NCBI GenBank assembly: GCA_964628855.1
Contig: CAZVMV010000006.1
Span: forward strand, 4,539 to 68,538
From: an uncultured Gammaproteobacteria bacterium
GTDB lineage: Bacteria; Patescibacteriota; Patescibacteriia; UBA10025; JAHIVO01
DNA: 64,000 bases
Direction of reading: 5' to 3'
The position numbers and the translations under genes were made by a program. Each line of letters begins with the position of its first letter. Within the stretch, counting starts at the first letter, position 1. The notes beneath the pieces were generated by a model. It saw only the letters and a program-made list of their open reading frames with translations. It was not told the origin of the DNA and did not search any database. Shown here piece by piece: positions 55,204 to 63,493 of this stretch.

Positions 55204-55806
55204 TTATGGCTTAAGCGAAATCGCCCATTTAATAAACTCTGACAGAAAATTTTCTCTTATAACTTTCAATTCGGGGCTTAGCGATTCAATTAATTCGTTC
55301 TTTTTACTTGAGATATCCACCCCTACCCACTTCCTAACAATATTATCAAAAGCCAAATTGGTTGAGGTTATTCCATTCCATCTTTCCGGAAATGTCTTAA
55401 AGCCAAATTTCTGTAGGCTAGGCTGAAAAGTAACATCAACATCAATATAATTGCCGTCTTTTGTCATTACCTGTAAATAATTATGTCCATGTTCCCACTC
55501 ACCCTTCGCCAAAAACAACTTGATATTATCAGGGTATTGAATAGTCTGATCACTCCAACGAAAGGTGCAAACAACTGGCCTACTCACGATCCCAAGTGCA
55601 TCATAACATGACTTAAGTAATAAATGTTTACCAGTGCAGGTGCCCATTTTCTTAGTGGTCAAAACCTCATTAATGGTCCGACCGTCCCCCCATGGAATAT
55701 TGGCAACATTTTTTGTGATATCAACAAACTGCCGATGAGTATCAAAAGTACTGATGCGGACTTTATTTATGAATTTATTCAACTCTTCTATATTTTCTGT
55801 GAGCAT
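55204..55806 (-). CDS. transglutaminase-like (Cys-His-Asp) superfamily protein
   Basis: 200 aa. Candidate triad: GTCTGKH, EWEHGHNYLQV and YIDVDVT. The gene ends 3 nt before dnaG. Confidence 0.45.
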   Translation of the reverse strand: MLTENIEELNKFINKVRISTFDTHRQFVDITKNVANIPWGDGRTINEVLTTKKMGTCTGKHLLLKSCYDALGIVSRPVVCTFRWSDQTIQYPDNIKLFLAKGEWEHGHNYLQVMTKDGNYIDVDVTFQPSLQKFGFKTFPERWNGITSTNLAFDNIVRKWVGVDISSKKNELIESLSPELKVIRENFLSEFIKWAISLKP

Positions 55807-55878
55807 ATGATATACCGGGATAGGAAAAACTACCCCAGTCTTACTCCCTAATACGTATTCGCGTTATGCGGTATTTTA

Positions 55879-56640
55879 TTACCACTCCTGGAAATCCGGG
55901 GGAATCTCTTTGCCGATATCCTCCATCATTTTACCATCTATCTCATTACCGTCCGCATCAAATTCTCTGCTTCGATAAAGCAAATGTTCGCCGTTTGGGC
56001 CAGTAAAATTTACCTTTTCAGTACGGAAAGGGACTAATTGCTTTCCATCAATCCCATCCACCCAATGCTGACCGGTTGACTCACGAATCTTTTTCGAATA
56101 ATTACCTCGTTGTTCAACGGAATGTTTAGTTTCCCATGTTTCTCCCGACTTTTCTCCTTCTGTAGTTTTGCCCGACTCAAAAGTGAGCTGCCCATCCTCA
56201 AATGTACTTGATTTTTCCCAGCCATTTACCTGATGTATGTCGTGCCCAACTTCCCGCACCAGTTTGGTCTGCCCTTTTTCCACTTCTGTGCGCAAATCTT
56301 CGTATATAGCTTTGACTGAATCTGTATTAACCCCCTTATTGTCGTGATACTTAATGACTCGCTCCATTCTTTGATTGGCGGGCAAGCCTTCGGCAACCCA
56401 GCCACTTGGTCGTCCATCTTCGTATGCGGTTGGCTTTGTTGTAACATTTTTAAACTCTGGATTATCCAAAAAACTCCTGCCAGGCAATTCATTTACAGGC
56501 TCAATATTGGATTGCGCAGCCTGCTTTGCATCAAATCCTGACTCGGCTTCTGGGTTATACCCCGGTATTTCTCCCATAATAATTATAATTATACTTAATA
56601 AATCTACCCAAAAATTACCACTATATCCCCCCTTTGGCAA
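55879..56640 (-). CDS. hypothetical acidic protein (function unknown)
   Basis: 253 aa with no recognisable motif. The true start may be ATG 56577 (MGEIPGYNPEAE). Confidence 0.5.
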   Translation of the reverse strand: MPKGGYSGNFWVDLLSIIIIIMGEIPGYNPEAESGFDAKQAAQSNIEPVNELPGRSFLDNPEFKNVTTKPTAYEDGRPSGWVAEGLPANQRMERVIKYHDNKGVNTDSVKAIYEDLRTEVEKGQTKLVREVGHDIHQVNGWEKSSTFEDGQLTFESGKTTEGEKSGETWETKHSVEQRGNYSKKIRESTGQHWVDGIDGKQLVPFRTEKVNFTGPNGEHLLYRSREFDADGNEIDGKMMEDIGKEIPPDFQEW

Positions 56641-56645
56641 GGGTC

Positions 56646-57032
56646 TTATCGTTTGACCGGAGGCTGGTCCAAGAATTTATCCGACTTAAAAATCTTGCGG
56701 TTATTTTTGCCCATCGCCACGCGCTTAATGACCATCAGTTTAGCCGATTTTTTGCTGATGTTGACCAGCGTGTGCGGATCGTGGTCAGTCTCGATCATGT
56801 CTCCGGTCCGGACAATTTTTTTGTGCAGCCTTCCGCCCGCCTTCCATATCAATCGTAACCTGCCTTCGATAACGAATATTGTCTCGGCCACTTTCTCGTG
56901 GTGGTGCCAAGTTTGGGACGTGTTGACGAACTGGGAATTCAGGTGTACTTCATATTCCGGCCGTAAGTAATACCAGGTATGGCAATAATCTTTTTTTAAG
57001 TGAATGGATTGTTTCTGTGTGATGACTTTCAT
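56646..57032 (-). CDS. cupin domain protein
   Basis: 128 aa. WHHHEKVAETIFVIEGRL..GDMIETDHDPHTLVN matches the two cupin motifs. Confidence 0.7.
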   Translation of the reverse strand: MKVITQKQSIHLKKDYCHTWYYLRPEYEVHLNSQFVNTSQTWHHHEKVAETIFVIEGRLRLIWKAGGRLHKKIVRTGDMIETDHDPHTLVNISKKSAKLMVIKRVAMGKNNRKIFKSDKFLDQPPVKR

Positions 57033-57046
57033 TGAATATTCTTTAA

Positions 57047-57625
57047 TTAATATTTTGACAAGACATTAAGGATCAACTCCCTGTTTCTGTTCGCTTCCTG
57101 CTTACAGTCTTCGAGCGTCAAGAATTTGGTTTTTTGGTTCATCTTCTCCAGCGCATATTCGGCCGCTTCATCATGAGTCATGCCGCGCCGGCGTAAATCA
57201 GCAAGGAATATGGAGATGCCCTCTAAAGTTAAAAATTTAAAACACTCTGCATTTTTCATTACCTCTGCTTCTTTGGATTCTGTCGGGATCTGGTCGTGAT
57301 GCGCCTCGATGGCATTAAGAATAACTTTTTGGTCTTGGTCAGACATGCCCCACTCAGACAAAAAAGGTTTGGCAAAAGCCGCACTCGATTTGGTGTGATT
57401 TTGGTGAACCGGGCCACCTCGTTCCTCGTCAAAGATTGTATGCGCCAGATACAGGGCGATAACCACCAATCCAGGATTAACCCCGTGTTTTTTCGCCAAA
57501 AACTCCCCCTTTTTTACGGCTAATTCCGTTAGTCCCCAGGCAGGCGCATGATTTTTTTCGTATTGACGTTTGGCTAATTCGCGGGCTTTAACAATTATAT
57601 CATCCATAGTATTATGCGCGGTCAA
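57047..57625 (-). CDS. HD domain phosphohydrolase-like protein
   Basis: 192 aa with a His/Asp pattern (LYLAHTIFDEE, AIEAHHD). Confidence 0.6.
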   Translation of the reverse strand: MTAHNTMDDIIVKARELAKRQYEKNHAPAWGLTELAVKKGEFLAKKHGVNPGLVVIALYLAHTIFDEERGGPVHQNHTKSSAAFAKPFLSEWGMSDQDQKVILNAIEAHHDQIPTESKEAEVMKNAECFKFLTLEGISIFLADLRRRGMTHDEAAEYALEKMNQKTKFLTLEDCKQEANRNRELILNVLSKY

Positions 57626-60164
57626 TCAATTTTTGGACGAAGCGCAGTTTGGTAACTTCCGACATCAATGCCGCGGCAACTCCGGAGGTCAGGCACAGCG
57701 CAAATTGCCAAGTGGTCAGCACGCCAAATCCGAAAAGGCTGCGGACGCCCGGTATTACCAATGTCAGCAACAGGACAGAAATTGCCAGTCCGACTACCCA
57801 ACGCAGTGCCCGGTTTGGATGGTGTCTCATACTGTCAAACGACGTTCTGGTCCGTGACCTGTTGGCGATAATCAAACCGACATTGCCGATAACCAAGCTG
57901 GAGAATGCCAATGCCCTCGCCACGCCTTCCCCCCATTCATTTGATAATGCCAAGGCATAAATCGTAACGACAACCGCCAACACCCCGAATCCCTGCAACA
58001 CGCTGGTCCAGATTTGGGCTCGTCCAAATAATGGTTCACGGCTCGAACGCGGAGCGCGGGTCATAACATCCTTTTCCTCATGTTCCGCTTCGAAAACCAG
58101 CGTACAGGCCGGGTCAATGATTAATTCCAGAAACGCAATATGTATTGGCAGAAGCGCAAGAGGCCATTTCAAAAGTACTGATAGCAGTGCAATCCCGGCA
58201 ATGGGAATATGTACGGCAAAAATAAATGACATAGCCTTGCGGAGGTTGTCATAAATCCGGCGACCGGTTCGGACCGCGGCGACGATCGAAGTGAAATCAT
58301 CGTCCAGCAAAACTACGTCGGAAGCTTCTCGGGCTACGTCCGTGCCCCGACCACCCATAGCTACGCCGATATGAGCCGCTTTCAGTGCCGGCGCATCATT
58401 GACTCCATCTCCGGTCATGGCCACAATTTCTCCGCTGGCTTTGAGCGCCTGGACAATGTGTAATTTTTGTTCAGGAACAACCCGTGCAAAAACGTCCGTT
58501 TCCTTTATCAATCTGGCGATATCTTTCTTATGTGACTGTTCTAGCATGTCGCCTGTCATGACATGGATGGGAGGTTTCATCCCGATCTGCTCAGCAATAT
58601 GACGCGCCGTACCGGGATAATCGCCAGTAATCATTTTTACCCTGATACCCGCCGTTCGGCACTCGGCTACTGCTGCGGGGACGGCTGGCCGTATAGGATC
58701 AGCCAATCCGATCAGGCCAATCATCTTGAAATCAAAATCATGCTGCTGTGCTGGCAGTGATGTCGTCTGGGATTTGGCCACGGCGATGACCCGCAGCCCC
58801 ATATTTGCTAACTGCTCAATATTTTTTTCCAAAGCGGATTTTTCTGGCGCGGGCAAGTGGCACAAATCAGCCACCGCCTCTGGCGCTCCCTTAGCCGCCA
58901 CGATATATGAATCTTTCTTTGGCGTCATCCAGGCACGTGCCACGGAGAGCAGCTTGTCGGATAATGGATATTCGCGTATCTGTTGCCAGTTGGTGTGCAA
59001 ATGCCCGTCATGCCCAAATGCCCGTTCACCAAGTTCGCGCATGGCTTTTTCCATCGGATCAAATGGGTCGGGCGGCGATGCCAGGATGGCATATTCCACC
59101 AATGGATGGAGTTCTTCCGGCATAGCCCGTTGTTCGGCTGAAATCGAATAACAAGAATTGTCCACGCAGGCCGCGGCAACCGCCATTTTATTCTGGGTAA
59201 TCGTGCCGGTCTTGTCTGTACATAATACAGTGGCCGAGCCCAGAGTCTCCACCGCGGGTATGCGCCTCGTCAACACATTACGCTGGGCAATCCGCCAGGC
59301 ACCCAGTGCAAGGAATACGGTCATGACCACCGGGAATTCCTCCGGCAATGCGGACATGGCCAAAGCCAAACCGGCCAGCACACCACCCAGCCAATCGCCA
59401 CGCGTCAAACTGTAGACCAGTGCGACAACTATGCACAGTACCAGCCCGACGATGGCGAAAATATTTACCATACGCCTGGTTTGCCGCTGCAGCAGACTAT
59501 CCTCCTGCGTAAGCGTTTTCAGGACCAAGCCAATTTTCCCCACTTCAGTATGTACGCCAGTCGCTATAACTTCCGCTACTCCGCGGCCGCTCACGATGAG
59601 AGTACTGGAATAGACGCATGACTGATCACGGCCACCCGGCTTTATCCCGCCCGAACGGGGATCATGGTGGTGTTTTTGTACAGGCACTGATTCGCCGGTC
59701 AACAAAGACTCGTCTGCTCGGATGGTAAAAACCTTTAGCAGCTTGGCATCGGCCGGCACCCGGTCACCCTCCTCCAGCATTATAATATCGCCGCGTGCCA
59801 CTTCGCGACCTGCGATTCTTTTCACTACGCCATCACGTATTACACGAGCACGGGGGCTTGATAAATTCCTAAGTGCTTCCAGCGCCCTTTCGGTTTTTCT
59901 TTCCTGATAAAGCGTAATGCCGATTACCACGAGAATGGCTGCCAGCAGCAAACTTGCCTCCGCCCGATCTCCAATAAATAAATATATTGTGCCGCAAGCC
60001 AATAATAACAGCAGCATCGGTTCACGGATAACTTCTATTAATATATGCCAAACCGACCGCCGTTTGCCACTCGGCAGCTCATTATACCCTTCTTCCCTTA
60101 GGCGTTTTTGAGCTTCGATTTCCGATAATCCGTGCCATTTTTCGATCGTAACCTCAATTCCCAT
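57612..60164 (-). CDS. cation-transporting P-type ATPase (P2, Ca2+-ATPase-like)
   Basis: Motifs TGES, DKTGTIT, MITGD and GDGVNDAPALK, with 10 TM helices. Start trimmed to ATG 60164 because the longer ORF runs through tRNA-Ser. Confidence 0.9.
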   Translation of the reverse strand: MGIEVTIEKWHGLSEIEAQKRLREEGYNELPSGKRRSVWHILIEVIREPMLLLLLACGTIYLFIGDRAEASLLLAAILVVIGITLYQERKTERALEALRNLSSPRARVIRDGVVKRIAGREVARGDIIMLEEGDRVPADAKLLKVFTIRADESLLTGESVPVQKHHHDPRSGGIKPGGRDQSCVYSSTLIVSGRGVAEVIATGVHTEVGKIGLVLKTLTQEDSLLQRQTRRMVNIFAIVGLVLCIVVALVYSLTRGDWLGGVLAGLALAMSALPEEFPVVMTVFLALGAWRIAQRNVLTRRIPAVETLGSATVLCTDKTGTITQNKMAVAAACVDNSCYSISAEQRAMPEELHPLVEYAILASPPDPFDPMEKAMRELGERAFGHDGHLHTNWQQIREYPLSDKLLSVARAWMTPKKDSYIVAAKGAPEAVADLCHLPAPEKSALEKNIEQLANMGLRVIAVAKSQTTSLPAQQHDFDFKMIGLIGLADPIRPAVPAAVAECRTAGIRVKMITGDYPGTARHIAEQIGMKPPIHVMTGDMLEQSHKKDIARLIKETDVFARVVPEQKLHIVQALKASGEIVAMTGDGVNDAPALKAAHIGVAMGGRGTDVAREASDVVLLDDDFTSIVAAVRTGRRIYDNLRKAMSFIFAVHIPIAGIALLSVLLKWPLALLPIHIAFLELIIDPACTLVFEAEHEEKDVMTRAPRSSREPLFGRAQIWTSVLQGFGVLAVVVTIYALALSNEWGEGVARALAFSSLVIGNVGLIIANRSRTRTSFDSMRHHPNRALRWVVGLAISVLLLTLVIPGVRSLFGFGVLTTWQFALCLTSGVAAALMSEVTKLRFVQKLIDRA

Positions 60165-60194
60165 GGCGGAGTATTTAAGATTAATTTTTTTATT

Positions 60195-60283
60195 CGGAGA
60201 GGGCGAGATTCGAACTCGCGAAGGGCTTTTGGCCCTTACTTGCTTTCCAAGCAAGCGCACTAGACCAACTATGCGACCTCTCC
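60195..60283 (-). tRNA. tRNA-Ser (GGA), long variable arm, no encoded CCA
   Basis: GGAGAGG..CTTGC-TTGGAAA-GCAAG-variable arm GGGCC-AAAA-GCCC..GCGAG-TTCGAAT-CTCGC-CCTCTCC-G. Confidence 0.9.
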
Positions 60284-60371
60284 AAAAGGCCGTTCCATAA
60301 TGTTTAAAGTATACCATACCATTTTTTTACCAAAAAGAAAAGACTCCGTTAATCATAAAAAATCCCAGGTC

Positions 60372-60400
60372 TTGACACATTTCTCCTTGTTCCCTAAGAT
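60372..60400 (+). promoter_or_regulatory. promoter TTGACA-17-TAAGAT
   Basis: TTGACA at 60372..60377 and TAAGAT at 60395..60400. Confidence 0.55.
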
Positions 60401-60425
60401 GCGGGTACGGACAAGAGGAGGATCC

Positions 60426-60668
60426 ATGATCTTTGCCGTAATCGGCCCGATCGTAATCCCCGCATGTCCTATCCTTCTCGCTGATCCGAATGGGTTGGCC
60501 GGGAGGCAGACGGCGTTTGCGCTAAACTCTCTAGGTTCATCTGAACCGGGTGTTAGGGAGGCAAATGCCCATGTTTTTTCCTCATCAAAGGTCACATGTC
60601 GCCCACAAGCAGATGACAGATGGCATTGGACCAAGATGGGGAAGATGCGGGGGGTAAGGCTCTTTTAG
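60426..60668 (+). CDS. candidate 80-aa protein (alternatively part of a ~385-nt structured RNA)
   Basis: GGAGG (60417..60421) + 4 nt + ATG. Product MIFAVIGPIVIPACPILLADPNGLAGRQ...WHWTKMGKMRGVRLF. The region is stop-poor on both strands and rich in helices, so coding status is unresolved. Confidence 0.35.
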   Translation: MIFAVIGPIVIPACPILLADPNGLAGRQTAFALNSLGSSEPGVREANAHVFSSSKVTCRPQADDRWHWTKMGKMRGVRLF

Positions 60669-60758
60669 GAAAGTTGCTTGCTGCCAGTATGCAGCTTTCA
60701 TTCTGGCCACGGCCAGTCTAGCCCACACGGGTTGAGCCTTACCGGGCACAAATGAAAA

Positions 60759-60791
60759 GGACGCTTCCTGCGAAGCGTCCTCTATTTTTTT
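60759..60791. terminator. bidirectional rho-independent terminator shared by the 60372 unit (+) and the helicase gene (-)
   Basis: GGACGCTTC-CTGC-GAAGCGTCC followed by TCTATTTTTTT on the + strand and TTTTCATTT on the - strand. Confidence 0.8.
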
Positions 60792-60802
60792 GTCTACTCC
60801 TC

Positions 60803-63109
60803 CTAATTCAATTTACGATACGTACCCAAAGCGGCAGAATATTCTGCCAAGACTGAGAAGATGGTCCGAACCTCTTCACTGTCACTGCCCACGAAAGTCG
60901 CCATGTCACCAAGAACCACCAGCCTATCCTGCGCTCTGGAGAATGCCACCCGTAACCGGTTGACGTTTCTGTTGAAACCGATGTCACCTTTTGCGTTTGA
61001 CCTAACCATCGACAGGATAATTATCCGGCGTTGGGAGCCCTGGAATGCGTCTACCGTATTGACCACGCTATTTAGCAGGTCTTCGGTATCCAGCTGGTCA
61101 AAATTGATGATCGTGCGCCAAGTTGCCAGTCTTTCGTCAACAGCAAACGCCTGACGGAGTCTGCCGCGGATGAGTTCGATTTGCGCCCGGTAAGGGGTGA
61201 TGATCCCTATCTCATCAAGCGCGCCGCCTTTGCGTAAATGTTTCACGACATATTTGACTGCCAAGTTGGCTTCCCTGGGATTGAAGAAAGACGTCCCACT
61301 GCTTTGTTCTGCTTTGCCGCGAGTGGCGCTTGTATCATCAAACTCCACCTGGCCGTAATTGGCCGGGTCAAACCTTCCGACAATTAACCTGCCACCATAG
61401 AATAGCTTGCTGACCAAGTCACAAATGGCCGGCAACGAACGTCGGTTGATGCATAACAGGCTTTCCTTTAGCAGTGACTGCTTAAGCACAACATTAAACC
61501 AACCGTCAGAAAAATCCCTTATGTCACTTTCCGAATGGCCGTGCTCCTCCAAGTAACGGCGCGCGTCAGGTGTGATCTCCAGGTTTCCCAGTTGGTCAGG
61601 ATCGCCGATGAAAATGACCTTTTCCGTGACCAAAGATACGATCGGAAGCAACTCATACAAATGCCCACGGGATGCTTCATCAACAAAGGCGATTTCAAAA
61701 GTCATCCCCTCTTGTCGTAAGGCTGACAAGGTCTTGTCGGTCAGGAACGAGGCCATGGTACAGGCGATGATGACGCCGCGGCCGCTTTCGGACAACTGCC
61801 GAATTGCGTCCACCTCTTCAATTACCTGCGCTTTTTCATGGGGCTCGTCATGGCCCCTGGACATGCCTTCCCATTCCCGTTCGGAACGGTGCAGATGCAG
61901 GCAATCGGATGCCACGCTTTCCGGATCGTTTCCGAGTCGGAAAATCTGGTCCGGCACGCCAGTCGCCTCTTCGACAAAATGTACCAGAGCATCTAGCCCG
62001 CGGTTACTGTGTGAAATCAGGATAATCGTCCGTCCTTTTTTCAGGAACTGCCTGACAGCACGTGACGACAGGAAAGTTTTGCCCGTGCCGGCTGGACCCT
62101 GGACAACACTAACTGCCCGTTGGCTGGCGATATCCAGGAGCGCATGCTGTTGGGAATCGTCATCTTCGAACATCCGTGCTTCGTCCGGTTTCAGGAATAT
62201 GCTCGCGCATTGACGCGCACCGGCATTGTTCGTATTGCCTGCAATGACAGCCAATGGCAAGCTTGGCAGACGGCCAAACTCGACCTGCCTGCACATTTCC
62301 GCCTGTTGCTCCGGAATCCCGCAGGATAAAACCGGCTCGAAAGAAACCAGGTCGTTGATTTGCCCGATCGGCAAGTGCTCGATAAACGAAAAACGAATTT
62401 CCGTCTCAAGCACCGCATCGACGACTGCAGGAACTATATTCCCGCCACTGTCAAAAAAATTGACCTCTGCCTCAGGACGAAATACCGGCATGCCCTTATA
62501 AGTATACTCGGGCTTAAGCGGCAGCGTCACTCGGCTACGTTTCTGTAATGGTTTTCGCTGTACCGGCAGATTAAAAGCGCAGTTAAACGACATGCCACTC
62601 ACATCTAGTAGCCATTGCAGATACCAATCCAAGTAAGTCGCAGAGACTGCCAACATGCTTCTGAAAAGGCCGCCAAGAAGATCTGAAGGGGCATAAACCA
62701 GCCCGGTCAGCGTTGGCCGGAAAATATTCCATTCATCAGTGGGCTCGATTAGTTTCTGTCGTGCCGGACGGAATTGGCCAATGATTTCTATGAACTGGTC
62801 CCAATCACGGAACCAATAAGTGTCACGGCAGTCTTTGCCGAAAATCACCCTGACCCTAGGCGAAAAATTCTTTTGCCCGCCCTGACAATGGATGACCTGC
62901 GCTTGCGGCCAACGCTGCTTGCATTTGGTCGCATCGCCGATGCCACGGTTAATCACGATGATCAGATCAGGATCTCCGGTGACGGCACTGACGCTGGCTG
63001 AGTGCAATATAAATCCAATCGCCCGCCTGGTCAGCTGGGCAGTGAATTCACTTTCACCATCAGCCAACACAACAATTCTCGAAAACTGCATCTCCATGTA
63101 TATCTCCAT
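60803..63109 (-). CDS. Upf1-like superfamily 1 helicase with an uncharacterised N-terminal ~330 aa
   Basis: 768 aa. Motifs VVQGPAGTGKTF (I), FVDEASRG (II), FIGDPDQLG (III), ITPYRAQ, VDAFQGSQRRIIILSMVRSN (V) and RLRVAFSRAQDRLVVLG (VI). ATG 63097 has a GGAG 6 nt upstream and may be the true start. Confidence 0.85.
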   Translation of the reverse strand: MEIYMEMQFSRIVVLADGESEFTAQLTRRAIGFILHSASVSAVTGDPDLIIVINRGIGDATKCKQRWPQAQVIHCQGGQKNFSPRVRVIFGKDCRDTYWFRDWDQFIEIIGQFRPARQKLIEPTDEWNIFRPTLTGLVYAPSDLLGGLFRSMLAVSATYLDWYLQWLLDVSGMSFNCAFNLPVQRKPLQKRSRVTLPLKPEYTYKGMPVFRPEAEVNFFDSGGNIVPAVVDAVLETEIRFSFIEHLPIGQINDLVSFEPVLSCGIPEQQAEMCRQVEFGRLPSLPLAVIAGNTNNAGARQCASIFLKPDEARMFEDDDSQQHALLDIASQRAVSVVQGPAGTGKTFLSSRAVRQFLKKGRTIILISHSNRGLDALVHFVEEATGVPDQIFRLGNDPESVASDCLHLHRSEREWEGMSRGHDEPHEKAQVIEEVDAIRQLSESGRGVIIACTMASFLTDKTLSALRQEGMTFEIAFVDEASRGHLYELLPIVSLVTEKVIFIGDPDQLGNLEITPDARRYLEEHGHSESDIRDFSDGWFNVVLKQSLLKESLLCINRRSLPAICDLVSKLFYGGRLIVGRFDPANYGQVEFDDTSATRGKAEQSSGTSFFNPREANLAVKYVVKHLRKGGALDEIGIITPYRAQIELIRGRLRQAFAVDERLATWRTIINFDQLDTEDLLNSVVNTVDAFQGSQRRIIILSMVRSNAKGDIGFNRNVNRLRVAFSRAQDRLVVLGDMATFVGSDSEEVRTIFSVLAEYSAALGTYRKLN

Positions 63110-63196
63110 TCCACTTTAAATTTTCAAACAACAAAAAGAACTAATTGTGCCAACCTACCATAATATTTACTGATATGTCAAGCAAAAAAGACCCCC

Positions 63197-63224
63197 TTGA
63201 CTATCAGTGCAGGCATGCTAGTCT
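63197..63224 (+). promoter_or_regulatory. promoter TTGACT-16-TAGTCT, back-to-back with the helicase -35 box
   Basis: TTGACT at 63197..63202 and TAGTCT at 63219..63224. The palindrome ATGCTAG-TCTT-CTAGCAT (63215..63232) overlaps the -10. Confidence 0.4.
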
Positions 63225-63259
63225 TCTAGCATATCAAACCACGGAGCAAAGGAGGGATT

Positions 63260-63427
63260 GTGCTCTTTCGATCTCAGGTAAGAAGACTCGTTCTCCTTTC
63301 CGTGGCCCTAGCGTATTCGCGCGTCTGTAATTTTGGCCAGTTTTGTGGACTGCCCGCCAGAGCAGGCGCGCCAACTAACCGGCGACTGAATCGCGACTAT
63401 CGACGATGGCCAGTCGGTTTTACCTAG
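63260..63427 (+). CDS. candidate 55-aa peptide (alternatively part of a ~300-nt structured RNA)
   Basis: AAGGAGGG + ATT + GTG. Manual translation: MLFRSQVRRLVLLSVALAYSRVCNFGQFCGLPARAGAPTNRRLNRDYRRWPVGFT. It falls below the ORF-track length cut-off. The SD and start are enclosed in a hairpin. Confidence 0.3.
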   Translation: MLFRSQVRRLVLLSVALAYSRVCNFGQFCGLPARAGAPTNRRLNRDYRRWPVGFT

Positions 63428-63493
63428 CGGCTACGGAACAGGGACTTCCTGTGCGGTTTGCACCGAAGTCTCTTAAGTTGTTTCTTGGACCTT

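Noticed and set aside
60165-60317. 51-aa N-terminal extension of the P-type ATPase.
   Set aside because: It reads straight through tRNA-Ser (60195..60283). MGIEVTIEKWHGLS at ATG 60164 matches Cation_ATPase_N starts.
60400-60795. Possibility that the 385-nt unit is RNase P RNA, tmRNA or SRP RNA, all of which the genome must encode somewhere.
   Set aside because: By eye neither strand has the P4 strands (GAGGAAAGUCC / ACAGAANCCGGCUUA). GAGGAGGAUCC on the plus strand and GAGGAAAAAACAUGGGC on the minus strand are only superficial look-alikes without a matching 3' partner. There is also no tRNA-like acceptor/T-arm ending in CCA and no GGAAGCAGC domain IV motif. A covariance-model search is still required.
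60803-63109. The helicase as a Mokosh type II-like or other known single-gene defence helicase.
   Set aside because: There is no HxK(x)4D PLD motif or other nuclease signature in the N-terminal 330 aa. The assignment cannot be made from sequence reading alone.
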